Source of the DNA: Gaiellaceae bacterium
GTDB taxonomy: Bacteria > Actinomycetota > Thermoleophilia > Gaiellales > Gaiellaceae
Assembly: GCA_035514455.1 (NCBI GenBank)
Contig: DATKBA010000046.1
Span: forward strand, 1 to 47,750
Length of the DNA: 47,750 nucleotides
Reading direction: 5' to 3'
In this document: piece by piece, positions 1 through 8,015 of the stretch
Position numbering within the stretch: position 1 is the first letter of the stretch
Layout: every line of letters starts with the position of its first letter
The notes under the pieces: generated by a model
Database searches by the model: none
Told to the model about the DNA's origin: nothing
What the model saw: only the letters and a program-made list of their open reading frames with translations
Translations under genes and position numbers: made by a program

Positions 1-1023
1 GCCGCTGATCCCGTTCGGGTACTGCTCCCAGTCGATCGACGGCCACGACTTGATCTGGCGGTCGAGCACGATCGCGAAGTGCTGCGTGATCTTCTGCCCG
101 CCGCCGAGCGTGCGCGAGAGCAGGGCGCCGCGCTGCGCCTCGTCGCGCGTGATCCGGCCGAACTTCTTGGCGCCGTCGTCCGTGAACTGCATCGTCACGA
201 TCGGCTGGCCGGTCGTCGTGTCGTAGTCCTGGCGCGTCCCGTCGAGCTTCAGGTCGCCGCCCGTCATCTCCGGGACGACCTTCTCCGGGTCGGGGTTCGT
301 CGGGTCGAACTTCATCAGGTAGTAGAAGTTCCGGGTCGGGTTGACGACGTCGACGCCGGGACACACGACCTCGCCGACGCCGCAGGTGAGCACGACCGTC
401 TTCGGCGGCACGCCGAAGATGCGCCAGCCCTCCGGCAGCCCGCCTTCCTCCGCGTCGGCTTCCTGCACCACCTTGCTCCGCAGCAGCGCGTCGCGCTCCT
501 GCACGGGGCCGGCGCGCACCTTGCGCTCGTCGTCGAACAGGTACCAGCTCGTCTGCGTGCCCTCCTTCACCAGCGCCTGCTGCCCGGCGAGGAGCTCGTA
601 GAGCGACTGCTTCGCCTCCGGGAAGCGCCCCGCGCCGATCGAGGGCGGCGCGAGGTTGGCCTCCAGGTCGTACAGCTCGAGCTGGGCCGTCTGGCCGAGG
701 ATCCCGATCACCTGCTCCGGGTTCTCGACGCCCGGGAGGTCGATCACGATCTGGTCGTCGCCCTGCTTGCGGATCTCCGGCTCCGCGACGCCGAGCCGGT
801 CGACGCGGTCGCGGAGGATCTCGACCGAGCGGTCGAGGTCGGCGTCCTCGAGCGGCCGGTTCGGCGGCGGCACGGCCTGCAGCGTCACCTCGAGCCCGCC
901 CTGCAGGTCGAGGCCGAGCGTCGGGGACTTGTAGAGCGGCGATCCGGGGACGGCCATCAGGCCGACCCCGATCAGGCCGACGGCGATCAGGGCGACGAGA
1001 GTGAGGTGCGGCTTGCGAGTCAC
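1..1023 (-). CDS. secD: Protein translocase subunit SecD, N-terminal part (gene runs off the left edge)
   Basis: Absent from the ORF track because it is open at the window edge. Reverse-strand reading from GTG at 1023 gives VTRKPHLTLVALIAVGLIGVGLMAVPGSPLYKSPTLGLDLQGGLEVTLQAV...RDRVDRLGVAEPEIRKQGDDQIVIDLPGV...AQLELYD, which is a signal anchor plus the SecD periplasmic head. It lies directly downstream of yajC as in the conserved tgt-yajC-secD order. The listed + ORF 79..1398 is its antisense shadow. Confidence 0.85.
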   Translation of the reverse strand, partial: MTRKPHLTLVALIAVGLIGVGLMAVPGSPLYKSPTLGLDLQGGLEVTLQAVPPPNRPLEDADLDRSVEILRDRVDRLGVAEPEIRKQGDDQIVIDLPGVENPEQVIGILGQTAQLELYDLEANLAPPSIGAGRFPEAKQSLYELLAGQQALVKEGTQTSWYLFDDERKVRAGPVQERDALLRSKVVQEADAEEGGLPEGWRIFGVPPKTVVLTCGVGEVVCPGVDVVNPTRNFYYLMKFDPTNPDPEKVVPEMTGGDLKLDGTRQDYDTTTGQPIVTMQFTDDGAKKFGRITRDEAQRGALLSRTLGGGQKITQHFAIVLDRQIKSWPSIDWEQYPNGISG

Positions 1024-1035
1024 GCGGCAGGCAGG

Positions 1036-1347
1036 TTAGCTGCGGTCGTCCGTCTCCGGCACGGAATCCGGGGCCCGCCGGCCCTCGCTGCCGGGGGTCA
1101 AAATCGCGCCCACGGCACGCCTGGACACGCGCACGCGCGTCCCCGGCGCGATCTCCAGCTCGAGCTCCTCGTCGCCGGCCGAGCGCACCCGGCCGATCAG
1201 CCCGCCGACGGTGACGATCTCGTCGCCGACCTCGACTCCCGCGATCAGCGTGCGCTGGGCCTGCACGCGCTTCCGCTGGGGCATGATGAAGAGCACCCAC
1301 AGCAGGGCGAACATGGCGATGAGAATGATCAGGCCTCCGGGTTCCAA
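1036..1347 (-). CDS. yajC: Preprotein translocase subunit YajC
   Basis: Single N-terminal TM followed by IMPQRKR and VGDEIVTVGGLIGRV, the YajC signature. Position is between tgt and secD. TTG start at 1347 overlaps the tgt stop; the start is not certain. Confidence 0.88.
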   Translation of the reverse strand: MEPGGLIILIAMFALLWVLFIMPQRKRVQAQRTLIAGVEVGDEIVTVGGLIGRVRSAGDEELELEIAPGTRVRVSRRAVGAILTPGSEGRRAPDSVPETDDRS

Positions 1348-2462
1348 GGATCCTCCTGGGGGCCGCCGGCGAGCCGGGCGAGCGCGTCGGCCGTGTAGGC
1401 CTCCAGCTCGCCGCGTTCGATCGCCGCACGTGCGCCCGCGGTCAGTTCGAGTAGGAAGTGCAGATTATGCAGGCTCAGCAGCCGGAGGCCGAGCAGCTCC
1501 TCCTGGTTGACGAGGTGGCGGACGTACGCGCGAGAGAAGCGGGCGCACGCCGGGCAGCCGCAGCCCTCCTCGAGCGGGCGCGGGTCGCGCGCGAAGCGGG
1601 CGTTGCGGAGGTTGAGGCGGCCCGTCGCGGTGAGCGCCGACCCGGTGCGCGCGGTGCGGGTCGGGAGGACGCAGTCGAACAGGTCGATCCCGGCCCCGAT
1701 CACCCGCAGGATCCCCTCCGCGTCGCCGATCCCCATGAAGTAGCGGGGCTTCTCCGCGGGCAGGAGCGGCGCGGCCCAGCCCGTCGCCTCGAACATCTCC
1801 TCGCGGCTCTCCCCGACGGCGAGCCCGCCGAGCGCGTGGCCGTCGAAGCCGAGCGCCGCGATCTCCTCTATCGAGCGGCGCCGCAGCTCGGGATCGGAGC
1901 CGCCCTGGGCGATCCCGAACAAAAGCTGCCCCGGAGCACGCTCGGCCTCGCGTTGGCGCGCCGCCCAGAGCGTCGTCAGCCGCACGGCCTCCTCCAGCTC
2001 GGCCCGGGGCACGCCCGCGGGCGGGCAGATGTCGAACGCCATCGCGACGTCCGAGCCGAGGTTGGCCTGGATCCGCGCCGCGACCTCCGGCGAGAAGCGG
2101 GCGGGCGCACCGTCGTAGACCGAGCGGAAAGTGACGCCCTCGTCGTCGACCCCGAGCAGCGTGTCGCGCAGCGAGAAGACCTGGAAGCCGCCGGAGTCGG
2201 TCAGGATCGGCCCGTCCCAGCCGGAGAAGGCGTGCAGGCCGCCGAGCTCCGCGATCACCTCGTCGCCCGGACGGAAGTGCAGGTGGTAGGTGTTGCCGAG
2301 GACGATCTGCGAGCCGACCGCGCGCAGCTCGTCCGGGTCGAGGCTCTTCACCGTCCCCTTCGTCCCGACCGGCATGAACGCCGGTGTGCGCACCTCCCCG
2401 TGCGCAGTGCGGAGGATCCCGGCCCGGGCGGCGCCGTCGGTGGCGGTGACCTGGAAGCTCAC
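1329..2462 (-). CDS. tgt: Queuine tRNA-ribosyltransferase
   Basis: 377 aa containing TAHGEVRTPAFMPVGT, LGNTYHL, TDSGGFQVFS and the C-terminal zinc motif CGCPAC...H. The GTG start overlaps the Nudix stop (GTGA at 2459-2462). Confidence 0.95.
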   Translation of the reverse strand: MSFQVTATDGAARAGILRTAHGEVRTPAFMPVGTKGTVKSLDPDELRAVGSQIVLGNTYHLHFRPGDEVIAELGGLHAFSGWDGPILTDSGGFQVFSLRDTLLGVDDEGVTFRSVYDGAPARFSPEVAARIQANLGSDVAMAFDICPPAGVPRAELEEAVRLTTLWAARQREAERAPGQLLFGIAQGGSDPELRRRSIEEIAALGFDGHALGGLAVGESREEMFEATGWAAPLLPAEKPRYFMGIGDAEGILRVIGAGIDLFDCVLPTRTARTGSALTATGRLNLRNARFARDPRPLEEGCGCPACARFSRAYVRHLVNQEELLGLRLLSLHNLHFLLELTAGARAAIERGELEAYTADALARLAGGPQEDPWNPEA

Positions 2463-2860
2463 AGCGCGGGAAGGTAGAGGTCGCGGCCGGCGACGAGAAC
2501 GAGATCGCGCGTGAGCGGCACGAAGCGGCAGCGCACGCGCGTGCCGTTCTCGCGCCCCACGCCGGTGACGATGTGTTCCCAGGCGTCGGGGACGTCCACC
2601 GGGGGCGTCGCCTCGAAGAAGTGGCTCTCGTGGACGAAATCTGACTCGAACGATCCCGGCGTCATCCCGACACCGAGTTGCCGGACGAGCGTCACCGCGA
2701 TGCCCGTCTCCTCGGCGACCTCTCTGATCGCCGCCTCCTCCGGCGTCTCGCCGGCCTCGATCCCCCCGCCGGGCACTCCATAGCCGGATGCGCCGTCGAA
2801 GACCAGGAGCTCCCGGCCACGGACGACGTAGACGATCACACGGGTTCGGGTGGTCGGCAC
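2459..2860 (-). CDS. Nudix hydrolase
   Basis: Nudix box GGGIEAGETPEEAAIREVAEETGI. I place the start at GTG 2860 (8 nt after the vapC stop) or GTG 2839. The longer track ORF to 2941 has a Pro/Ser/Arg-rich head that overlaps vapC. The stop overlaps the tgt start. Confidence 0.8.
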   Translation of the reverse strand: MPTTRTRVIVYVVRGRELLVFDGASGYGVPGGGIEAGETPEEAAIREVAEETGIAVTLVRQLGVGMTPGSFESDFVHESHFFEATPPVDVPDAWEHIVTGVGRENGTRVRCRFVPLTRDLVLVAGRDLYLPAL

Positions 2861-2867
2861 GCTCGTC

Positions 2868-3263
2868 CTAGGGTGCGACGATCGTCGTGGCGAAACCGTG
2901 GGCGCGGGAGAGGCGGGTGTCGGTCGTGACGAGCGGCACATCCAGCGCTTCCGCCAGCGCGACGAAGCCGGCGTCCCTTGGGGAGACGTGTGCCCGAAGG
3001 GCCCACATCCGGTCGAAGAGCTGGACGTGCGGATAGCGCCTGATCGGCATGCCGACGAAGACGTCCAGGATCGCTCGGCCCCGCCCGGCGGTCATCGATC
3101 TGCCGAGGACGCGACCGCGTACCACCGCGAACACCTCCAGGTCGACGGCATATGGCGCGTGGAGATTCCATGAGGCGATGTCGAGCTGACTCTCGACCCA
3201 GTCGGCAAGGATTGGTTCGCGGAGCAAGTAGTCCAGCACCGCCGAGCTGTCGAGAACGATCAC
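2868..3263 (-). CDS. vapC: PIN-domain ribonuclease toxin VapC
   Basis: 131 aa starting MIVLDSSAVLDYL (first acidic PIN residue), with later conserved D/E positions (...FVALAEALDVPLVTTDTRL). The start overlaps the antitoxin stop by 4 nt. Confidence 0.85.
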   Translation of the reverse strand: MIVLDSSAVLDYLLREPILADWVESQLDIASWNLHAPYAVDLEVFAVVRGRVLGRSMTAGRGRAILDVFVGMPIRRYPHVQLFDRMWALRAHVSPRDAGFVALAEALDVPLVTTDTRLSRAHGFATTIVAP

Positions 3264-3493
3264 CCGTCGGCGTCGCGCATACGGCGAAGCGTGACCGACG
3301 GAGCCTCGCCATGCTTCAGCGGCGGCATGCGGCGCAGCCGTTCCTTGATCTCCTCCGGGGTCAGCACCTCGGCGACGCGCTCGACCTCCGCGAGCAGATA
3401 GTCCGACAGCGACATTCCACGCTCCGCCGCACGGGACTTCAGCTTGCGGTGCAAGTCGTCCGGGACGTTCCGGATCTGGATCATCTTGGTCAT
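3260..3493 (-). CDS. vapB: Ribbon-helix-helix antitoxin (VapB/FitA-like)
   Basis: MTKMIQIRNVPDDLHRKLKSRAAERGMSLSDYLL is the typical Arc/RHH antitoxin N-terminus. I prefer ATG 3493 over the track start 3523. It is coupled to vapC. Confidence 0.75.
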   Translation of the reverse strand: MTKMIQIRNVPDDLHRKLKSRAAERGMSLSDYLLAEVERVAEVLTPEEIKERLRRMPPLKHGEAPSVTLRRMRDADG

Positions 3494-3497
3494 GCTA

Positions 3498-3517
3498 TGC
3501 ACAGTAAAGCATGTGCA
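3498..3517 (-). promoter_or_regulatory. Inverted repeat TGCACA-N8-TGTGCA spanning a TTTACT -10-like box upstream of vapB (candidate autoregulatory operator)
   Basis: This is the only AT-richer patch in the 34-bp queA-vapB spacer. On the minus strand TTTACT (3503-3508) lies 9 nt before ATG 3493. The arms are 3498-3503 and 3512-3517, and TGTGCACA at 3512-3519 is itself palindromic. Confidence 0.4.
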
Positions 3518-3527
3518 CAACATGTTC

Positions 3528-4457
3528 CTAGAGGACGAGCATCGCGTCGCCGAACGAGTAGAAGCGGTAGCGCTCCTCGACCGCGAGCCGGTACAGCCGC
3601 CGCGTCTCCTCCACGCCGGCGAACGCCATCACGAGCGCGAGCAGGGTCGAGCGCGGCAGGTGGAAGTTCGTCAGCAGCGCGTCGACCCGGCGGAACTCGA
3701 AGCCGGGCGTGACGAAGAGCGACGTGCGACCCTGTAGCACAGTGTCCCGAGCGACCGTCTCGAGCACGCGCACGGTCGTCGTCCCGACCGCGAGGACGCG
3801 CTCCGCGGCGGCGATCCGCTCCCACGCCTCCGGCCGCACCGAGTACCGCTCGCCGTGCAGCTGGTGCTCCTCGAGCGTCGGCGCCGTCAGCGGCCTGAAC
3901 GTGTCGAGGCCGACGTGGAGGGTCACGCGCTCCACGTCGAGCCGGGCGAGCAGCTCGGGCGTGAAGTGGAGGCCCGCCGTCGGCGCCGCCGCCGAGCCGG
4001 CCTCGTCCGCGTAGACGGTCTGGTAGCGGGCCGGGTCGCGGAGCGGCTCGGTGATGTACGGCGGCAGCGGCGCCTCCCCGTCCGGCTCGCCCTCGAGGCG
4101 CACCCGCCAGCGCCCTTCGCCGAGGTGCTCGAGCAGCTCCACCGACCCGTACCGGGCGCCGGCCCGCAGCCGTCGCGTCGGCCGCGCGAGCGCCAGCCAC
4201 TCGCCGCCTCCCTCGTGCTCGAGCAGGAGCACCTCGCCCTTCGGCCGCTCGATCCGGATCCGGGCGGGCACGACACGGGTGTCGTTGACGACCGCGAGCT
4301 CGCCCGACAGCTCCCCGGGCAGGTCGGCAAACGTGCGGTGGCGGACGTCGCCGGTCGCCCGGTCGTACACGAGCAGCCGGGATGCGTCGCGCCGCTCCGC
4401 CGGCTGCTGGGCGACAAGCTCGGGCGGCAGTTCGTAGTCGAGCTCGGTGGACTCCAT
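3528..4457 (-). CDS. queA: S-adenosylmethionine:tRNA ribosyltransferase-isomerase
   Basis: MESTELDYELPPELVAQQPAERRDASRLLV..., GTTTVRVLE and a C-terminal FYSFGDAMLV. I prefer ATG 4457 (TACGCT -10-like box 9 nt upstream) over the track start 4499. Confidence 0.93.
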   Translation of the reverse strand: MESTELDYELPPELVAQQPAERRDASRLLVYDRATGDVRHRTFADLPGELSGELAVVNDTRVVPARIRIERPKGEVLLLEHEGGGEWLALARPTRRLRAGARYGSVELLEHLGEGRWRVRLEGEPDGEAPLPPYITEPLRDPARYQTVYADEAGSAAAPTAGLHFTPELLARLDVERVTLHVGLDTFRPLTAPTLEEHQLHGERYSVRPEAWERIAAAERVLAVGTTTVRVLETVARDTVLQGRTSLFVTPGFEFRRVDALLTNFHLPRSTLLALVMAFAGVEETRRLYRLAVEERYRFYSFGDAMLVL

Positions 4458-4483
4458 CCGACGATGAGCGTAGCCTCCCGCCC

Positions 4484-4915
4484 GTGGACGAGAAGGCACT
4501 CGAACGGGCCAAGGTCCGGATCGCGGAGGCGGCTGCGGGCCGCGTCGCGCCCGCCGAGCTCGAGGCGGCGCTCGAGCGCGCCCGGACGCAGATCGAGGCG
4601 CTCGCCGAGGCCACGGCCGAGCTCGAGGGAGCGCTGCCGGAGAAGATCGGCGCGGCGGTGCACGACGGCCTGCGGGCCGAGGTGCTGCCGGTCGCGCGGC
4701 ACATCGCGGAGATCCGAGGCCTGCTCAACCAGGCGGTCCGCCGCCTCGAGCGGCTCGAAGGCGACCTGCTCGCCGAGCGCCACGCGCGCATCGACGACCT
4801 TGCGCTCCTCGTCGACCTCGTCTCGTCCGGCTGGAAGGGCGTCAGCGACCGGCTCGAGAAGGTCGAGCGCGCCACCGTCGGCGCACCGGTCGTGTCGCTC
4901 CGCGACGCCGGCTAG
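4484..4915 (+). CDS. Hypothetical coiled-coil protein
   Basis: Good GC3 coding bias. GTG 4484 is preceded by TAGCCT (4471-4476) at leaderless distance. The sequence is Ala/Glu/Leu/Arg-rich and heptad-like, and I recognise no family. Confidence 0.5.
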   Translation: MDEKALERAKVRIAEAAAGRVAPAELEAALERARTQIEALAEATAELEGALPEKIGAAVHDGLRAEVLPVARHIAEIRGLLNQAVRRLERLEGDLLAERHARIDDLALLVDLVSSGWKGVSDRLEKVERATVGAPVVSLRDAG

Positions 4916-5080
4916 AGGCTTGATGTGGAATTGGCGCGCTGTGGGGCTGTTCCAGACCAAGCCAGGGCGGCTCGGCGTCCGAGGCGCAGGCCGGGTGCCT
5001 GCGTGAGGACGACGAGGCGGCCTGGCGCCGTGTCTGGGGCGGCCCCACAGACCCGCTCAGGTTTCACATCAAGCCTCTAG
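4912..5080. repeat. 169-bp CTAG-bounded palindromic intergenic element, copy E1 (MITE/REP-like)
   Basis: Terminal inverted repeats CTAGAGGCTTGATGTG (4912-4927) and CACATCAAGCCTCTAG (5065-5080). Internal arms pair (CTGTGGGGC 4939-4947 with GCCCCACAG 5042-5050). An apical hairpin GCAGGC-CGGGT-GCCTGC sits at the exact centre. Both CTAG ends supply the stop codons of the convergent flanking genes. Confidence 0.6.
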
Positions 5081-6462
5081 CTCGGCAGGACGAGCCGGAA
5101 GCGGCTCCCCCTCCCGACCTCGCTCTCCAGCTCGATCCGGCCGCCGAGCGCCATCGCGAGCTCGCGGGCGATCGGCAGTCCGAGCCCGGTGCCGAAGTTG
5201 TCCTTCGACCAGAACGGGCGGAAGATCCGCTCGCGCTCCTCGACCTCAACGCCCGGGCCGGTATCGACCACGTCGACGGTGACCGCCCCGTTGCGGCTCT
5301 GGAGGGCGAGGTCGATCCGGCCGCCGTCGGGGGTCCAGCGGAAGGCGTTCGCAAGCAGGTTGGAGATGATCTGGAGCACGCGGTCGCCGTCGGAGACGAT
5401 CACCGGCGCGGCGGCCATGTCGTGGGTGAACTCGATCCCGCGCCGGCGCGCCTCGTCCGTGAAGGTCGAGTAGGCGCGCTCGAGCAGGCGGCCCATGTCC
5501 ACCTCCTCCGTCAGCACGGTGAACCGGTGCGCGTCGAGCTTCGCCAGGTCGAGCACGTCGCCGACGAGACGTCCCAGCCGCTCCGCCTCGGCGGCGACGA
5601 TCCCGAGCGACTCCTCGGCCGCCTCCGGGTCCGTGACCACGCCCTCGCGGAGGGCGGCGACGTGGCCGCGGATCGCCGTCAGCGGCGTCCGCAGCTCGTG
5701 CGAGACGGACATCAGGAAGTTGCGCTCCAGCTCCTCCGACTCGGCGAGCCTAGCCGTCATCTCGCGGAAGCGGTCCGCGAGGTGGCCGATCTCGCCGCCG
5801 CCCCGCACGTCGGGTACGGGCACGTCGTAGCGGCCCTTCGACACCTCGTCCATCGCGCGCGAGAGCCCGAGCACGGGCTCCGTGATCCGCCGGGAAAGGT
5901 AGAGCACGAGACCGCCGACCACGACCAGCGCGACGATGAACGCGATCGCGAGCCGCGAGAGCAGCTTCACCCACGTCTCCCGCAGCTCCGCCTTGGGCTT
6001 CGCGACGATCAGGTAACCGAAGATCGGGCCCGTGTCGCCGCCGAGCCGCAGCGGGTGGGCGGCCGCGAGGAAGGCTCTGTCCTCGAGCGGCGGCTCGAAC
6101 TCGAAGGTGACGACGCTGCTGCCGCTCAGCTCGATCCCGACGTCGCCGCGGGCGAGGCGCGTCAGCCCCGCGTCCTGACCGGGGAAGAGGGGCGCGCCGA
6201 CGTAGAAGAGCCGGTCGCCGGTCGCCGCCTCGAGCTTCTCGGCGGCGAACGCGGGCGCCGCCTTGTCCTCGTCGGAGGCGCGCAGCGCAGACTCGGCGTA
6301 GAGCGCCGCGATCCCGCGCGCCTCGCGGCGCAGCTCCGCGAGCGACTCGTTGCGCGTGTAGTCCTGGAAGAGGGTGAGCGCGATCAGGCTCGCGACGAGG
6401 CCGGCGAGCGCGATCCCCGCCAGGAAGAGCGCCGGCAGGCGAAAGCGCAGGGAGTCGAGCAT
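5077..6462 (-). CDS. Sensor histidine kinase (2 TM, HAMP, HisKA, HATPase_c)
   Basis: H-box [14 protein letters not shown] and G-boxes DTGPGV...GTGLGLPIAREL. It is the partner of the response regulator at 6640..7347. Confidence 0.9.
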   Translation of the reverse strand: MLDSLRFRLPALFLAGIALAGLVASLIALTLFQDYTRNESLAELRREARGIAALYAESALRASDEDKAAPAFAAEKLEAATGDRLFYVGAPLFPGQDAGLTRLARGDVGIELSGSSVVTFEFEPPLEDRAFLAAAHPLRLGGDTGPIFGYLIVAKPKAELRETWVKLLSRLAIAFIVALVVVGGLVLYLSRRITEPVLGLSRAMDEVSKGRYDVPVPDVRGGGEIGHLADRFREMTARLAESEELERNFLMSVSHELRTPLTAIRGHVAALREGVVTDPEAAEESLGIVAAEAERLGRLVGDVLDLAKLDAHRFTVLTEEVDMGRLLERAYSTFTDEARRRGIEFTHDMAAAPVIVSDGDRVLQIISNLLANAFRWTPDGGRIDLALQSRNGAVTVDVVDTGPGVEVEERERIFRPFWSKDNFGTGLGLPIARELAMALGGRIELESEVGRGSRFRLVLPS

Positions 6463-6471
6463 GGTCCTACC

Positions 6472-6643
6472 CTAGAGGCTTGATGTGGATTGGGAGTGCG
6501 TGCAGGGCGCGCCTGCACCAAGCAGCGCGGGCGACGCGGGCGGGATCAAGGCCGGTGGGCCTTGGTGCCGACCGCGGCGGCCGCGATGCGCCGTGTGCAG
6601 GCGCGCATCCGTGCGTGCTCGCCAATTCGCATCAGGCCTCTAG
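6472..6643. repeat. 172-bp CTAG-bounded palindromic intergenic element, copy E2
   Basis: The left end CTAGAGGCTTGATGTGGA is identical to E1 over 18 nt. The right end is CGCATCAGGCCTCTAG. A central hairpin CAAGGCC-GGTG-GGCCTTG lies at 6547-6564. The element sits between the response-regulator stop (TAG within the right CTAG) and the kinase start 9 nt from the left end. Confidence 0.6.
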
Positions 6644-7347
6644 GCGGCGGGCGCGGGCGAGCGCTCCGGCCCGACCTTGTAGCCGACGCCCCAGACCGTC
6701 ACGATCGGCGACGCCTCGCCGAGCTTGCGGCGCAGCTGCCGCACGTGCACGTCGACGGTGCGCGTGTCGCCGGCGAAGGTGTACCCCCAAACGCGCTCCA
6801 GCAGCTGGTCGCGCGTGAGCACGAGGCCCTTGTGGTCGAGCAGCTCCCAGAGCAGGTCGAACTCCTTCGGCGCCAGCTGGATCTCGTCCTCGCCGACCTT
6901 CACCTCGCGGCGGCCGGCGTTGATCGTGAGCTCGCCGTGGCGCAGCTCCTCCTCGACGTCCCGGCGCCGCTCCGGCGCCGCGCGGCGGAGCACGCTCTTC
7001 ACGCGCGCCACGAGCTCGCGCGGGTTGAACGGCTTGGTCAGGTAGTCGTCGGCGCCGACCTCGAGCCCGATGATCTTGTCGACGTCCTCGTCGCGGGCGG
7101 TCAGCATCAGGATCGGCACGTCCGAGGTCTTGCGCACGCGGCGGCAGATCTCGATCCCGTCGATGTCCGGGAGCATCAGGTCGAGGATGATCAGCGCCGG
7201 CTGCTCGGCCGCGACCTGGGCGAGGGCGGCGCTGCCGGTGGTGACGGCGCGCACGTCGTAGCCCGCGTTCTTCAGGTAGAGCGAGACGAACGACGCGATC
7301 GAGGCCTCGTCCTCGACGACGAGCACGGTCTGGACGCCCGCGCTCAT
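6640..7347 (-). CDS. OmpR/PhoB-family response regulator (WalR/MtrA-like)
   Basis: [11 protein letters not shown]...[10 protein letters not shown]...[10 protein letters not shown]...[10 protein letters not shown], plus a winged-helix C-terminus. ATG 7347 overlaps the upstream stop (ATGA). The track start 7437 adds an Arg/Pro-rich head. Confidence 0.92.
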   Translation of the reverse strand: MSAGVQTVLVVEDEASIASFVSLYLKNAGYDVRAVTTGSAALAQVAAEQPALIILDLMLPDIDGIEICRRVRKTSDVPILMLTARDEDVDKIIGLEVGADDYLTKPFNPRELVARVKSVLRRAAPERRRDVEEELRHGELTINAGRREVKVGEDEIQLAPKEFDLLWELLDHKGLVLTRDQLLERVWGYTFAGDTRTVDVHVRQLRRKLGEASPIVTVWGVGYKVGPERSPAPAA

Positions 7348-7883
7348 CAGCCTGCGGTCGGGCGGATCGGGCTCTTCTCGCCACGCTCGGGGCCGCCGAG
7401 CTGGAAGCGCTTCGCGAACTCGGGGAGCGGGTCGCACGTGGCCGGCCGCGTCCGGCAGTCCGACCCGTCGAGCGAGTAGAGGCCGGGCTCGAGGGTCTCG
7501 CCCTTGATCGAGCCGAAGCCGCGGCCGACGACCGAGAGGTCGATCCCTCGTCCTTCGATCACGATCCGGAAGCCGCCGCCGATGATCCGGAAGCGCAGGC
7601 CGACGCCGGCGTACTCGATCCCGTTCTCGCCGAAGAACTTGAGCGGCCGGTCGTCGCCGGAGACGACGGGGACATTGGCGTCGTTGGGCGTCAGGTCGAA
7701 GATCCGGACGGTGCCGCGCTCGAGCCGGCCGATCGCGCCGCCGCGCGCCTGGACGATCACCTTGCCGCGGCCGTCCTCGACCGAGAGGGTCCCTTCGCCC
7801 ATGCGCTTCGCCGCCAGCGCGGCGAGCCCGGCGACGGGCAGCGCGAGCGCGAGCAGGGAAACGAGGACGAGGACCTTCCGCAT
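7347..7883 (-). CDS. Secreted hypothetical protein (signal peptide)
   Basis: [25 protein letters not shown] signal peptide followed by a Gly/Arg/Ile beta-rich body. This is the only plausible coding part of the 757-aa track ORF. It is translationally coupled to the response regulator. Confidence 0.7.
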   Translation of the reverse strand: MRKVLVLVSLLALALPVAGLAALAAKRMGEGTLSVEDGRGKVIVQARGGAIGRLERGTVRIFDLTPNDANVPVVSGDDRPLKFFGENGIEYAGVGLRFRIIGGGFRIVIEGRGIDLSVVGRGFGSIKGETLEPGLYSLDGSDCRTRPATCDPLPEFAKRFQLGGPERGEKSPIRPTAG

Positions 7884-8015
7884 GGATCGCAGTATCGACA
7901 CGCGGCGTGTGCCGAGGGTCAGGGTCATGTAAGGAAAGTGTAAACGAGGGCAGGAGATCCCGCGCTGATGCCGTTCTCCCGGCAGGCGACAGCGCCTCCG
8001 TTCTAGGCTGCCGGG

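Noticed and set aside
4912-6643. E1 - histidine kinase - E2 as a composite transposon
   Set aside because: No transposase is present. The two elements are in the same orientation rather than inverted. The kinase is the natural partner of the adjacent response regulator. Two independent insertions at CTAG stop-codon sites are the simpler explanation.
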